The notes: generated by a model not told the origin, from the letters alone. 64,000 nt of DNA from Nostoc sp. (GCA_036918135.1 JBALDB010000002.1:192001-256000); one strand, 5' to 3'. Counted from the first letter of the stretch, positions 11,218 through 22,720 are shown. Numbers and translations: made by a program.

Positions 11218-12534
11218 TTAAGTACTGACTCTAATTGGAATCTCGATAATAAATTCTGCCCCATTACCAAGTTGAGACTTTACATAAATCCTGCCATGAT
11301 GTTTTTCAATAATTTGATAACTAATTGCTAAACCTAGACCTGTACCTTTATTAACAGGTTTAGTTGTAAAAAAAGGGTCGAATATTTTACTTTGGATTTC
11401 TGGAGCAATTCCAGAGCCATTATCTATAATTTTAACTTTGATAGTTTCTAAATCTGTTACTTCAGTTCTAATAATAATCTGTTTTTGATATTGATAATTT
11501 AAATCTTCTAATAAAGAATCTATTGCATTATTAATCACATTGAGAAATACTTGATTTAATTGTGCTGGATAACATTCTACTAGTGGGAGATGAGCATACT
11601 CTTTAATTACTTCTATTTTTGGCTTAAGACGATGGTTTAGCAAAAATAGCGTACTTTCAATTCCCTCATGAATATTTACAGCTTTTTTCTCAGATTCATC
11701 GAGGCGAGAAAAGTTTTTTAAAGAAAGTACAATTTCCTTAATCCTATCAGTTCCTAATCTCATAGAAACGAGAATTTTTTGAAAGTCATCTATGAGAAAA
11801 TCTAGGTCAATCTCGCCAATTTCATCTAAAATAATTTTTTGAGCTTCAGGATACTCTTTTTGGTAAAATTGTATCAAACTCAAAAGACTGTGAATATGTT
11901 CGTGAAGATAATTAAAATTACCATGAATAAAATTGATAGGATTATTTATTTCGTGGGCTAAACCTGCAACCATTCTGCCCAAACTAGACATTTTTTCGGT
12001 TTGAATTAATTGCACTTGAGTTGTTTGCAACTTGCGAACAGTATCTTCTAATTCCTGTGCTTGTAGTTTAGCATTTACAGTTGCAGTTGAGAGTGCCTTG
12101 AGGTTATTATAAGCTTTGGAATGATAGCGGATGCGGGCAATTAACTCAATAGCGTCTGGTAATTTAATTAAATAGTCATTTGCTCCCTCAGCAAAGGCTT
12201 CTGCTTTTAGCTTTGGTTCTTCTTTACTCGATAACATAATGATGGGAATATCACGAGTTGATGGATGAGAACGAAACCAACGCAGTAGCATTAAACCATC
12301 GATATCTGGCATAATCAAATCTAACAGAATTACCGTTGGCTCAATGGCGATCGCTTTATGGATTGCTTGAGTTGAATCGTTGAAATAATTAAAACTAATA
12401 TCTGTTTCGTTAGCAATAATTCTACTAATTGCTTCACCAATTATTACCTGATCGTCAATTAACAGAATTTTCACTGTTTCTGTGTGAATTTTTACTTCAT
12501 TTAGACAGTCTGCTGATGCTAATTGCATAGTCAA
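11218..12534 (-). CDS. Hybrid receiver-histidine kinase with WspR-like receiver domain
   Basis: N-terminal REC (IDDQ..IGEA, DLIMPDIDG, GANDYLIKLPDAIELIARIRYHS); HisKA AHEINNP; HATPase DNGSGI, PFFTTK, GTGLGL. Confidence 0.92.
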   Translation of the reverse strand: MTMQLASADCLNEVKIHTETVKILLIDDQVIIGEAISRIIANETDISFNYFNDSTQAIHKAIAIEPTVILLDLIMPDIDGLMLLRWFRSHPSTRDIPIIMLSSKEEPKLKAEAFAEGANDYLIKLPDAIELIARIRYHSKAYNNLKALSTATVNAKLQAQELEDTVRKLQTTQVQLIQTEKMSSLGRMVAGLAHEINNPINFIHGNFNYLHEHIHSLLSLIQFYQKEYPEAQKIILDEIGEIDLDFLIDDFQKILVSMRLGTDRIKEIVLSLKNFSRLDESEKKAVNIHEGIESTLFLLNHRLKPKIEVIKEYAHLPLVECYPAQLNQVFLNVINNAIDSLLEDLNYQYQKQIIIRTEVTDLETIKVKIIDNGSGIAPEIQSKIFDPFFTTKPVNKGTGLGLAISYQIIEKHHGRIYVKSQLGNGAEFIIEIPIRVST

Positions 12535-12577
12535 TTTAGGTAATAAAGTTTCTGTTTACTAGATTTGACAATAGGTT

Positions 12578-12717
12578 CGCCAATCAATACTGTTGGGTTA
12601 AGCATTTCTAACTTGGAATTTGGTTTTGATAAAAGGTTAAAGGGTAAGGGTTAAAGGTTTTTCTTTACCCTTTTCCCCTTCCCCTTTCCCCCTTAACCGA
12701 AAGGTATTGATTCGGCG
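12578..12717. repeat. Small TIR-bounded (MITE-like) element with internal purine/pyrimidine hairpin
   Basis: AATCAATACTGTTGGGTTAAG ... CTTAACCGAAAGGTATTGATT inverted ends. Confidence 0.7.
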
Positions 12718-12942
12718 ATTTGATTATGTAATTTTTACTAAATATTTTTAACTAAAAAGTTTAAGCATGAATTCTTTAGGTTGATTATAACCTAAGATAT
12801 ACAAAAGTAAATATATTACATATTAAAATAAAACAAGGTTTTCAGCTTCTAGATAATGGATTTTTTGAAAGAAAAGAATAAACTATATTTATGTTATTTT
12901 TAATAATTTAAAAACAGTAATTTTACGGGATAAAAAATTATT

Positions 12943-13944
12943 TTATATATGTCGTGCTGATAACTGTAATATCTTGGTACAAACAGCAGCGATCGCATCA
13001 ACTGGCAAAACTTCTACGGCGGCTTTTAATTCCACCGCAGCTTTGGGCATACCATACACAGCAGAAGTTTCGCGGTTTTGAGCAATGGTGTACCATCCAG
13101 CTTCTCGTAATACTTTTAAACCTTGAGCGCCATCTGTTCCCATACCAGTAAGTAACACCCCAATTCCTTGTCGAGTCCAATGATTTGCCACACTCTTGAA
13201 TAAAACATCAATCGATGGACGATAATAACAATTTAATGGTTGTTCATCATACTTAAAACTCAAGTTAGAATTCATGACGAGATGATGATTTGTACCTGCT
13301 AAGAGAATTTTTCCCACTTGTGGCGTGGAACCTGCACTCGCTATTTCTACAGGCATAGAAATTTGTTCGTTCAACCAAACCGCAAAACCAGGAGCAAACT
13401 GAGCATCTAAATGCTGAACGATCGCTACAGCAGCAGGAAAATCTTGGGAAAAATGTGAGAGAATTTTAACCAATGCCTGGGGGCCACCAGTGGAAGCGCC
13501 AATGACAATTAGTGGTGGTAATGATTTTTGAAAAATTCTCGATTTTTTGACCGTTCTTCTTTGGGAAGATGCACCGATTAATTTGGCGATCGTGGCAATT
13601 TTTTTCAGTAAACCTACACTACCCTCCACAGGTGTATTGATAGCATCTAAAGCCCCGTAAGTCATGGCTTCCAACACATTGGCAGCATATTTGTTAACGC
13701 TGGCAGTCACCATCATAATCGCACAAGGCGATTGGCTCATAATTTGCCGTGTGGCTTCCACTCCATCCATGCACGGCATCAGGACATCCATCAATATTAA
13801 ATCAGGGGTATCAACCGCACATTTACTAACAGCTTCCTCCCCATCGTAAGCAACCCAAGCCAAATCATAGTCTGGTATGGTGGCTAAAATCCGCCGCAGT
13901 GCTTCCACTGCCATCTGCATATCGTTGACAATGGCAATTCTCAT
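12943..13944 (-). CDS. cheB: Chemotaxis methylesterase CheB (WspF-like)
   Basis: REC plus GASTGGP, VQH, YRPSIDVLF, LTGMGTDGA, YGMP. Confidence 0.95.
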   Translation of the reverse strand: MRIAIVNDMQMAVEALRRILATIPDYDLAWVAYDGEEAVSKCAVDTPDLILMDVLMPCMDGVEATRQIMSQSPCAIMMVTASVNKYAANVLEAMTYGALDAINTPVEGSVGLLKKIATIAKLIGASSQRRTVKKSRIFQKSLPPLIVIGASTGGPQALVKILSHFSQDFPAAVAIVQHLDAQFAPGFAVWLNEQISMPVEIASAGSTPQVGKILLAGTNHHLVMNSNLSFKYDEQPLNCYYRPSIDVLFKSVANHWTRQGIGVLLTGMGTDGAQGLKVLREAGWYTIAQNRETSAVYGMPKAAVELKAAVEVLPVDAIAAVCTKILQLSARHI

Positions 13945-13947
13945 TAC

Positions 13948-16209
13948 TTATCCCTTACCAATTAAGTCAATTACAGCTTTTAACAAAGTGTCATCGTGAA
14001 AGCTGCTTTTGGTGAGATAATAGTCTGCACCTGCTTCTAACCCTTGAATTCGGTCTGCTTCACGGTCTTTGTAGGAAACGATAATCACGGGTATTTGCTT
14101 CAACTTAGCATGGGCTTTGATTTGGCTAGTAAGTTCAAAGCCATTCATGCGTGGCATATCAATATCTGTAATTACCAAATCATAATCACTGCTGCGAACT
14201 GCGTTCCAACCATCAACACCATTAACTGCTACATCAACTTTATAACTGTTATTTTCTAAAAGTTTGCGTTCCATTTCGCGGACAGTAATTGAATCATCGA
14301 CAACTAACACGCGCTTGTAAGTTTTAGTCAGTACTTGACGCGCCGACTGATTCACCTGGCTAAGTTGTCCGCTAGAAAACACCTTGGCAATAGAACGTAC
14401 TAAATCTTCGACATCGACAATTAAAACTGGAGAACCGTCCTCCATCAGGGCGGCGGCGCTAATGTTGGGGACTTTGCCCAGGCGGGAATCTAGAGGTCGA
14501 ACTACTAAGCTGTGTTCGCCGATAAATCGGTCAACAACTAATCCATAATGGTTGAGGCGATCGCTAATTACAACCACTGGTAGTAAATCTGGACTTACCG
14601 CAGGTGAGGGTAATTCTAAAACTTGATGCGCCGAAATCAACTCCACAGGTTGATTGTCTAGCAAGAAAAACGGACGATTTTCTGAGACAGCAATCTCTGA
14701 TTTAGATAACATCAGCACTTTTTCAATTCTTGTCAGCCCAAAAGCATAGGGTTCGCCGGCAATCTCGACTAACAATGTCCGAACTACCGATAGGGTAAGC
14801 GGTAATTGCAAGTAAAAGGTCATGCTTTTCCCAGGGTGAGAAACTGCCCGCACTGTCCCGCCAACTTCCCGCACTGTGCTGTGGACGATATCCAGCCCCA
14901 CACCGCGACCGGAAATTTCTGTAACGATTTGCGTGGTAGAGAATCCGGGTAATAACAGAAACTCCATTAACTCAGCTTCGGTAAGCTGGGCTGCCATTTC
15001 AGCGTTCGTCATTTGTTTGTTGACGACTTGTTGACGCAAAAACTCGACATCAATTCCTCGTCCATCATCAGAGATGGTGATAAATAACATCCCAGCGCGA
15101 TGAACAACTTCTATTTCAATTGTTCCTTCTTCTGGTTTGCCTGCGGCTAGTCGGTCTTGGGGAGATTCGATTCCGTGGTCGATCGCATTTCGCAGCATAT
15201 GAGTTAACGGCGCTTCTAAGCAATCGAGAATATCCCGGTCTACTAGAGTAGACTTACCCTTAATTTCCAGCTTTACGCGTTTACCCAACTGGCGGGAGAG
15301 GTCGCGTACCATCCGCCCAAACCCTTGTCCGCCCTCAGCAAAAGAACACATCCGCGTCGCAATTACTTCCCGGTACAGGCGATGGGCAAGATTACCAGAA
15401 CGCTGAGAAAATGATTCTAATTCGTTTTGGCGATCGCTAATCAACTGAGTACATTCGCTGGTTTTTTGATATACCGCACTCAAATGTTCTTTAATGTATT
15501 TATCAAGGGGGCGATCGCTCAATAATTCCTGTAACCTAGTCACTAGGTTAGATAGCTCTACTTGATTAGCTCTGACTTTTAAAAAAGAGTTCGTAAATGG
15601 CTCTAACCACTTGGTTGCGACTATTGTTTCTCCAGCTAATCCCATCAAGCGATTCAGATTATCCGTACTCACGCGTACAGTTCGGTTTTGGGTAGTAACT
15701 AATTCTTCAACTGGAAAAATAGGGGCAGGAAATGAGGCGATTTCTGGTGGCAGAGATTCTATCTGCGGGGTTGGCTGTAAGATATTGACTTGTGAAATTG
15801 CTGGGGTGGTTAGAGAATTTGCAATATTTGCGATTTCCTTCACTAGCGCTTGAACATGAGAATTATTCCCTTGTTGCAGATTTGGGTTTTCGGCTATGTG
15901 TTGCAGCATATCTACTCCTTGCAACAACACATCAACGCAATCAGCGGTTAAACTCACTGTTCCTGCTTGAGCCGCACTAAAACAATCTTCCATTACATGG
16001 GCTAGGGTGACAGCTGGCTCAATTTGGACAATTCTCGCTGCGCCTTTAATACAATGGGCTGCCCGCATTAACGCTGCTAATTCTGATTTGGGGTCGGGAT
16101 TTGTTTCCAGCGCCAACAAACAGTTGTTTAGCGCCACAACCTGAGTTTTGACTTCCATGTTGAATAAATCCAACAAAGAAAGCTGGCTGAGATTGGAATC
16201 TTCTATCAT
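13948..16209 (-). CDS. cheA: CheA-type hybrid kinase (WspE-like): HPt-dimerisation-HATPase-CheW-REC
   Basis: MRAAHCIKGAA, LRNAIDHGIE, SGRGVGLDIV, LPLTLS, C-terminal VDDSITVR receiver. Confidence 0.95.
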   Translation of the reverse strand: MIEDSNLSQLSLLDLFNMEVKTQVVALNNCLLALETNPDPKSELAALMRAAHCIKGAARIVQIEPAVTLAHVMEDCFSAAQAGTVSLTADCVDVLLQGVDMLQHIAENPNLQQGNNSHVQALVKEIANIANSLTTPAISQVNILQPTPQIESLPPEIASFPAPIFPVEELVTTQNRTVRVSTDNLNRLMGLAGETIVATKWLEPFTNSFLKVRANQVELSNLVTRLQELLSDRPLDKYIKEHLSAVYQKTSECTQLISDRQNELESFSQRSGNLAHRLYREVIATRMCSFAEGGQGFGRMVRDLSRQLGKRVKLEIKGKSTLVDRDILDCLEAPLTHMLRNAIDHGIESPQDRLAAGKPEEGTIEIEVVHRAGMLFITISDDGRGIDVEFLRQQVVNKQMTNAEMAAQLTEAELMEFLLLPGFSTTQIVTEISGRGVGLDIVHSTVREVGGTVRAVSHPGKSMTFYLQLPLTLSVVRTLLVEIAGEPYAFGLTRIEKVLMLSKSEIAVSENRPFFLLDNQPVELISAHQVLELPSPAVSPDLLPVVVISDRLNHYGLVVDRFIGEHSLVVRPLDSRLGKVPNISAAALMEDGSPVLIVDVEDLVRSIAKVFSSGQLSQVNQSARQVLTKTYKRVLVVDDSITVREMERKLLENNSYKVDVAVNGVDGWNAVRSSDYDLVITDIDMPRMNGFELTSQIKAHAKLKQIPVIIVSYKDREADRIQGLEAGADYYLTKSSFHDDTLLKAVIDLIGKG

Positions 16210-16952
16210 TACTGCGCCTTCCTCGCCAAAGTGGTAAATAATAGTTCATCATCCAAATAGCTGACAGTCTGCGAACGTAGTTCCTGCTGCGAAGTCTGAA
16301 AATTAGCAGGTTGCCAGGAAAATAACGCTTTAGTGTAAGTTTGGGTTGCTTGAGTCATATTCCTGGAAGCATCGCCCAATTCTCCACGATTAATTCGGTG
16401 TAGCCCATAAAGTTCATCTACTGGAAACACCCAAGCCTTACCAGCCTTTTCAATTACCATCATCCGCGAATGTATCACTGGACTTAGCACTTGTAGGGGA
16501 GTATCGCTAGATTCGATATTCAACAAGTGGTTTAAGGAAACACACAACAGCAATTCCCCGCGAATATTGATTAATCCCCGTAAAACTTGGTTGTTGCGAT
16601 GGGGTAAGGTGTGAATCACGCTGGGAGAAGTCGTTTCTTTGAAGACTTGAGCCGGAAGCGCCAGCCATTCCCGTTGCAACCGAAAAATCACAACTGTCAT
16701 TTCTGTGGTACGCACACCATAAGAAGGCATTTGCGGATTTTTCTCGGCTTGAGATTGGGCCAGTAATTGCGTCCATTCATGGCGATATTGTTCTGGTGTC
16801 GTGCGTTCTAGTAACTGGCGACCAGATGCCGAATAAACCGGGCAATTGCGGCAATGAACGTATGTGGATAGTTGGGAACAAGAGCGATCGCCTTCAATAC
16901 CAATGAAATTCCAGCAACGTTCTATATTTAATTGGGCAGTGATAGTATTCAT
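16209..16952 (-). CDS. cheW: CheW protein with Cys-rich N-terminus (WspD-like)
   Basis: CWNFIGIEGDRSC...HCRNCPVY N-terminal motif typical of WspD, then CheW domain (LPHR..LRGLINIRGE). Confidence 0.9.
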   Translation of the reverse strand: MNTITAQLNIERCWNFIGIEGDRSCSQLSTYVHCRNCPVYSASGRQLLERTTPEQYRHEWTQLLAQSQAEKNPQMPSYGVRTTEMTVVIFRLQREWLALPAQVFKETTSPSVIHTLPHRNNQVLRGLINIRGELLLCVSLNHLLNIESSDTPLQVLSPVIHSRMMVIEKAGKAWVFPVDELYGLHRINRGELGDASRNMTQATQTYTKALFSWQPANFQTSQQELRSQTVSYLDDELLFTTLARKAQ

Positions 16953-16961
16953 GGCGGTTGC

Positions 16962-18731
16962 TTAAGAGACTAGGAGTGCAGAGGCGGAAGATTCGACCTT
17001 GACCTGAAACCGGGCAATTCCCTGACGCAAACCTTGTGCAACTTGGTTAAGTTGAGCGATCGCCCGATTAATTTCCCGCAAAGAATCGGCAGTTTGCACT
17101 GAGGTACTACTCAACTGCACCATTGCTTCACTAATTTGTTGCGCTCCCACAGATTGAGTTTCCATCCCCCGGTTCACCAATTCAAAACGCGGGTTCAGGT
17201 CTTGTACTTGCTGAATGATTTGTCCGAGCTGTGTACTGATGCTGCCAACGTCTGCCATACTTCTTCCTACTTCTGCGCCAAACTTATCCATCTCCATCAC
17301 GCCTGTAGAGACTGAAGATTGCATCTGCTTGACCATCTGCTCGATGTCGATGGTCGCAACTGCGGTTTGGTCTGCCAATCGGCGGATTTCTCTAGCAACC
17401 ACAGCAAAGCCTAAACCAGATTCTCCAGCTTTCTCTGCTTCAATGGCGGCATTTAACGACAGCAGATTTGTCTGGTCTGCGACTTTGGTAATTGTCACCA
17501 CAATATTATTAATATTGTTGGCTTTTTCGCTAATAACTCCCAGTCGAGCCGCAATGGTATTAGTAGCTTCTGCCAACTGTCGCATAGTGGTTTCCATGCG
17601 AATTAAGTCTTTTTGGCTAACAGTTGCGGCTGTGGTTGTCAGTTGTGACATGCTGACGATTTGTTCCATTGTGTTTACCAACTCTTTGGAGGTAGCAGCA
17701 ATTTCTTTCCCAGCAGCACTCACTTGATTGGTGGAGGCTACCTGCTCCGTTATCGTTGCTTCTAATTGCTTACCCGAAGCAGCTATTTGAGTAGCAGAGG
17801 TAGTCACCTGTATTCCTGAGTTTTGTACTTGAGTAATCAAGCTATTCAAATTTTGGGTCATTGTGGAGAAAGCACTTAATAGCCTAACCATCTCATCCTT
17901 GCTGCTAGAGTCAGCAGTGATTTGGTTGGTCAAGTTTCCTTGGGAAATCTGCTCTGCAACCCTAACGACACCGATAATTTGAGTCGCTATTTGTCGGGCG
18001 ATCGCAAGTCCCAAAACGATGGCAGTAATCGGGCCGATAACAATTCCCAAAGAAACCCAGAAGATGCTGCGAGCGAGGTTCTTCTTAACTTCCTGTTGTA
18101 TATCTGATATGTAACTTTGAGTAAGTTCCAACAGATTAGATGCTTGCTCTTTTGTTTTTGCAAATAAAAGTTCTTCGTTGTTCGCTCCTTCAGAATCCAT
18201 CCGCTGGCGTAAATTTAATGCAGCTTGAATCGTAGTAAACTCTGATGAATTTTCTTGTTTCTGACGAATTAATTCTAGGGATTTTTTCCAGGGATTGCGA
18301 ATACCGAGTTGATTGTATTGTTGCTCAATCTGTAAAAATTTCTCATGGGCTTGCTTCCAGAGAGTCAGACTTTGCTGCAATGCGTCATACTCTTTCTTCT
18401 CTTGTTCAGTAAATGGTGTTGCTTCGTACTCTTTACTACCTTCGTTAATTTGTTTCCAAGCAACCTGCATCTGAGTTAATGCATTCTGTCTTTGAGGAAT
18501 AGTGAGTTCTGAATTGAAGAGTAAGCGCTCTGCTGATTGAATTTGTGTTTGTCCATCGTTTATCTTCCATAACCCGTTCAAAGTGGGTATGTGATTTGTA
18601 CTAAGGCTGTCAATATACTGATTTAACTCGCTGGTTGTAAACCATCCCAACAAGCCAACAATCAGTACTATCAGCCCCATGAATAAAAATGAACTGACCA
18701 TTCGCGTTTGCAAAGTCATGTTCTTGAACAT
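16962..18731 (-). CDS. Methyl-accepting chemotaxis protein (WspA-like, four-helix-bundle sensor)
   Basis: Two TM helices, [36 protein letters not shown]. Confidence 0.95.
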   Translation of the reverse strand: MFKNMTLQTRMVSSFLFMGLIVLIVGLLGWFTTSELNQYIDSLSTNHIPTLNGLWKINDGQTQIQSAERLLFNSELTIPQRQNALTQMQVAWKQINEGSKEYEATPFTEQEKKEYDALQQSLTLWKQAHEKFLQIEQQYNQLGIRNPWKKSLELIRQKQENSSEFTTIQAALNLRQRMDSEGANNEELLFAKTKEQASNLLELTQSYISDIQQEVKKNLARSIFWVSLGIVIGPITAIVLGLAIARQIATQIIGVVRVAEQISQGNLTNQITADSSSKDEMVRLLSAFSTMTQNLNSLITQVQNSGIQVTTSATQIAASGKQLEATITEQVASTNQVSAAGKEIAATSKELVNTMEQIVSMSQLTTTAATVSQKDLIRMETTMRQLAEATNTIAARLGVISEKANNINNIVVTITKVADQTNLLSLNAAIEAEKAGESGLGFAVVAREIRRLADQTAVATIDIEQMVKQMQSSVSTGVMEMDKFGAEVGRSMADVGSISTQLGQIIQQVQDLNPRFELVNRGMETQSVGAQQISEAMVQLSSTSVQTADSLREINRAIAQLNQVAQGLRQGIARFQVKVESSASALLVS

Positions 18732-18859
18732 TATATTGTCCTTGTTAAATCGTTGACAGCAAATTTTATATAACCTTTAAAACCTATATTTTCCAACAAC
18801 TCAGAAAATTTACCGAAGAGAAAGATTGACATCCGTAGTTGAAGATGATTATTTTGAAA

Positions 18860-20512
18860 TTACGATGGGGTAGGTTCAACAATCGTGTTATTAACTTTGA
18901 AGACAGAAACTTCTTGACGTAAGCCACGAGCGACTTGATTAAGTTGAGCGATCGCATTATTAATTTCTCGCAGCGAATCGGCTGTTTGTATAGAAGTACT
19001 ACTCAACTGCATCATCGCATCACTAATTTGTTGTGCCCCTACTGACTGAATTTCCATTCCCTGATTCACAGATTCAAAACGTGGGTTTAAGTCCTGTACT
19101 TGTTGGATAATTTGCCCAATCTGGGTACTAATATTGCCCACATCTGCCACACTCCGCCCTACTTCAGCCGCAAATTTATCCATTTCCATCACCCCTGTAG
19201 AGACGGAAGATTGCATTTGTTTGACCATCTGCTCAATGTCGAGGGTAGCGACTGCGGTTTGGTCTGCTAATCTGCGAATTTCTCTAGCAACTACGGCAAA
19301 ACCTAAACCATATTCCCCAGCTTTTTCGGCTTCGATGGCTGCATTTAACGACAGTAGATTAGTTTGGTCAGCTACTTTGGTGATTGTCAGGATAATATTA
19401 TTAATATTGTTAGCTTTTTGGCTGATAACTCCCAATCTGGCAGCAATACTATTTGTTGCTTCTGCTAACTGTCGCATACTTGCTTCCATCCGCATCAAAT
19501 CTTTTTGGCTGATGTTGGCGGCGGTTGTTGTGGCTTGCGACATAGTGACCACTAGTTCCATTGTGTTGAGGAGTTCTTTAGAAGTGGCGGCGATTTCTTT
19601 GGCTGTGGCTGTGACTTGATTCGTCGAGGCCACTTGTTCTGCAAGTGTTGCTTCTAATTGTTTGCCAGAAGCACCTACTTGCGTGGCTGAGGTTGTTACC
19701 TGAATACCTGAGCCTTGTACTTGACGAATTAAGATACTCAGCTTTTGAATCATAGTTTTAAAAGATTCCAAAAGTTGTCCAATTTCATCTTTTTTATTGA
19801 ATTCACTATCAGCCAAAGATGAGGTTAAATCCCCAGCAGAAATCTTACCTGCTACATTTACAGCAGTAGATACTCTAGTGCCTAAAGACTTGGAAATTAG
19901 AGAAGTTATAAAAATGGCGATCGCTACAGTTGAAAGTGTTACGAACACCGCTAATAAGCTCATAAAGTTGAGCATTGCTTTTGTACTTTCAATACTTTGT
20001 GCCATAATTTCTTTTTCTCGACTATTAAATTCCTCGTTTAATTGAAGTAATTCATCGTTTAGATCTCTCGATTTTTCCAAATATTGCTCAGTTAAAACTT
20101 TATTTTTGTCGATATTTGGTATTGCGATAGTACTTTTAACCAAATCATCTAATTCTTCAAAAATATTATGCATTACTTGTAATCTTTCTTTTTGTGATGT
20201 ATCTTCAACAACATTGGATGCACGATTTAAAGCATCGTGAAAACTTTTTTTAAAAGTTGTGTATCTTTTTAAAGCATCCTGATACTTTTTCGGATCGTAT
20301 AAATATCGACGAATAGAAAGATTCATATTAGATACGCTCAAAGCTATATCATTTGTTCCTAAAATAGCTTCGTGTGAAAATCCTACCTGTTTATAACTTT
20401 TTTCTACCTGATTTGTAGTAACATAAACTATCGTACTAAAAATAAAAATTAAAATTGTGGGGATGGAAAATCCCAGTAAAGTCTGGTTTTTTAGTTTCCA
20501 ATTAGCAAGCAT
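18860..20512 (-). CDS. Methyl-accepting chemotaxis protein (WspA-like, different periplasmic sensor, CHASE3-like)
   Basis: Two TM helices, HAMP, MCP signalling hairpin nearly identical to the neighbouring MCP. Confidence 0.95.
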   Translation of the reverse strand: MLANWKLKNQTLLGFSIPTILIFIFSTIVYVTTNQVEKSYKQVGFSHEAILGTNDIALSVSNMNLSIRRYLYDPKKYQDALKRYTTFKKSFHDALNRASNVVEDTSQKERLQVMHNIFEELDDLVKSTIAIPNIDKNKVLTEQYLEKSRDLNDELLQLNEEFNSREKEIMAQSIESTKAMLNFMSLLAVFVTLSTVAIAIFITSLISKSLGTRVSTAVNVAGKISAGDLTSSLADSEFNKKDEIGQLLESFKTMIQKLSILIRQVQGSGIQVTTSATQVGASGKQLEATLAEQVASTNQVTATAKEIAATSKELLNTMELVVTMSQATTTAANISQKDLMRMEASMRQLAEATNSIAARLGVISQKANNINNIILTITKVADQTNLLSLNAAIEAEKAGEYGLGFAVVAREIRRLADQTAVATLDIEQMVKQMQSSVSTGVMEMDKFAAEVGRSVADVGNISTQIGQIIQQVQDLNPRFESVNQGMEIQSVGAQQISDAMMQLSSTSIQTADSLREINNAIAQLNQVARGLRQEVSVFKVNNTIVEPTPS

Positions 20513-20980
20513 TTTTCGTTTTGATTATTTAATAATTTGAACCCGCCAGTCTAACATACACTCCAAATAATTACCCCAATTTCAAACTCTTTAACTTGAT
20601 GTTCAATCAGATTAGGTAGTATTGTTAATACTTGAGATAGCCAATTAGAAAAAACTTGGAATTCCAAATCAAAAATTCAAAATTGGGATTAGATAGATTG
20701 TCGTAGACTTCTATCGAAGGTAAACAAGCCTTCAGTGCCTAGAATTCCCAAATTAGGAACCAAATTAACAATTAGTAGTTTTAAAAATTAAAGAAATTTA
20801 TGAAGCTGCTGAAAACAATATAAAAAATTCTTAACTATTAAGTTAATAAACTCAACTATACTTCAACTGCAACAAATAAGTTAGAGCGGGCTTTCCGTCC
20901 CATCCAACAGGATTTTTATAAAATTTAGATATACAAATTAGATGTGAAACAGCTTATTTATTCAGCTACATGCCCATTTT

Positions 20981-22225
20981 TTAACGCTGCAATCTGTAGA
21001 TCCGCTGCCAAAGCAGATTAGCACTAATCCTATCTCCCTGCTGTTCCTTGAGTAATGCTAAATGAGTCAATGCTGCTTCGTGATTAGGTTTTAGATAAAT
21101 TGCTTTATGAAAATATTGTGCCGCCTGCTCATTGTCTCCCATTGCTTGCTGCACTTGTCCCAGAAGAACATAAGCTTCAGCATTCATTTGATTTTGATTA
21201 AGGTAATCGTTGCATAGTTGCACTGCTTCATCTAAGCAACCTCGATTGGCAGCAGTTTTAGCTAGCTCTAATAAGTCTGGGTTGAGGTTGTTTGCAGCCA
21301 CCGGTTTCTCGAGAGGAACTTCTACCTTATTCTCCACTGGAAATTGATAGCAGTTTTGTGTTGGTAACTGCGGCTCGATTGTTGATTTGTAATTGCTGGG
21401 AATAGTATAAGTTTTCTCAACAACATTTTCATGGTTACTCAACTTTTTATAGGCAACTGCTGGAGATTGGCGTACTGAGACAAACTGAGTTTTCATGAGT
21501 AACGCAGCTTCAGCATGGGCGACAAACAATAAACCCCCTTCGATTAGCAACCTTTCTAAGATGCGAATAGTTTGTTCTTTAGTGGCAGTATCAAAGTAAA
21601 TCAATAAGTTCCGGCAAAAAACTACATCATAAACCTGTGTATTAATTAAAAAATGAGGATTAGCTAAGTTAGCGTTAATAAAATTTACTAAGTTTTTGAC
21701 TGATTCTCGCAGGCGATATCTTGAATTTGTTAATTCAAAATAGCGTTCTTGAAAGAAAAGATGTTTACCGCGAAACGAGTAATTATCGTAGATTGCTCGT
21801 TGGGCTTTCAATAAACATTGTTTGCTAATATCAACAGCATCAATGTGAAATTGAGCAGATGTTAATCCTGCTTCTAAAAGTGCGATCGCAATCGAATATG
21901 GTTCTTCTCCTGTGGCACAGGGTACGCTCAAAACCCGCAGTACACCTTGGGGTTTCTTTGGCAACCATTCCGATAATACATAATGTTTGAGAAATGTAAA
22001 TGATTCTGGCTCGCGAAAAAACCAAGTTTCTGGAACAATCACACTGTCAATTAGTATGTCCCATTCTTGCGGAGAATCCTGTAAATGTGCTAAATAGCTA
22101 GACATTTGTTTGATACCACAATCTGCCATTCGTTGATAAATAGCACTAGCGATCGCACCATAACCAATTGAGTTAACATCTAAACCAATTTTGCTTTTTA
22201 GTAAAGCTTCGATGACAGATTGCAC
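20981..22225 (-). CDS. cheR: CheR methyltransferase with C-terminal TPR (WspC-like)
   Basis: ETWFFRE, CATGEEPYSIA, FCRNLLIYF; TPR tail AYVLLG...FHKAIYL.P.H.AL.HLALL. Confidence 0.94.
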   Translation of the reverse strand: MQSVIEALLKSKIGLDVNSIGYGAIASAIYQRMADCGIKQMSSYLAHLQDSPQEWDILIDSVIVPETWFFREPESFTFLKHYVLSEWLPKKPQGVLRVLSVPCATGEEPYSIAIALLEAGLTSAQFHIDAVDISKQCLLKAQRAIYDNYSFRGKHLFFQERYFELTNSRYRLRESVKNLVNFINANLANPHFLINTQVYDVVFCRNLLIYFDTATKEQTIRILERLLIEGGLLFVAHAEAALLMKTQFVSVRQSPAVAYKKLSNHENVVEKTYTIPSNYKSTIEPQLPTQNCYQFPVENKVEVPLEKPVAANNLNPDLLELAKTAANRGCLDEAVQLCNDYLNQNQMNAEAYVLLGQVQQAMGDNEQAAQYFHKAIYLKPNHEAALTHLALLKEQQGDRISANLLWQRIYRLQR

Positions 22226-22249
22226 GATTTGTATAGTCTTCAGACCAAT

Positions 22250-22720
22250 CTAAACTGCTGTGTTTAAAATACTTTCAGGCAAGAGATTAACTTGCTCTGC
22301 CTCAGATAACAAGTACTCAATCCGAATGCACTGAATCATACCCTTGTCATCTAAGATTATCTTGCCCAAGTATGGTGCTGCATCTATCTGAATATTACAA
22401 TCAACAAACTCACTCTCAGACTTGTGCAATGTTTCTACAACCTGTTGTGCCATCAAGCCTAAAATGTATTTAATATTATTAGACCCACAATAGTTAACTA
22501 ATATAATCCGCGTACTCAAGTTATGGCTACAAGGTTCGCCCCGCATCAACTGGCATAAATCGATGACTGGTGTAATCCGTCCGCGATAGTTAAATACACC
22601 AGCGATGTGTTCTGGCTTGTGTGGCAGGGTTTTGAGCAAAACTAGCGGTACAACTTCCACAACCTCTTGAGAGGCGATCGCGTACCGCTCATTACCAACG
22701 TTAAGTAGTAACATGAGCAT
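22250..22720 (-). CDS. cheW: CheW protein (WspB-like)
   Basis: VVEVVP..L..LP..PEHIAGVFNYRG...PVIDL. Confidence 0.92.
   Translation of the reverse strand: MLMLLLNVGNERYAIASQEVVEVVPLVLLKTLPHKPEHIAGVFNYRGRITPVIDLCQLMRGEPCSHNLSTRIILVNYCGSNNIKYILGLMAQQVVETLHKSESEFVDCNIQIDAAPYLGKIILDDKGMIQCIRIEYLLSEAEQVNLLPESILNTAV

Noticed and set aside
17215..20045. Plus-strand ORFs of 170, 161 and 82 aa, two of them similar to each other
   Set aside because: Antisense shadows of the paralogous MCP genes
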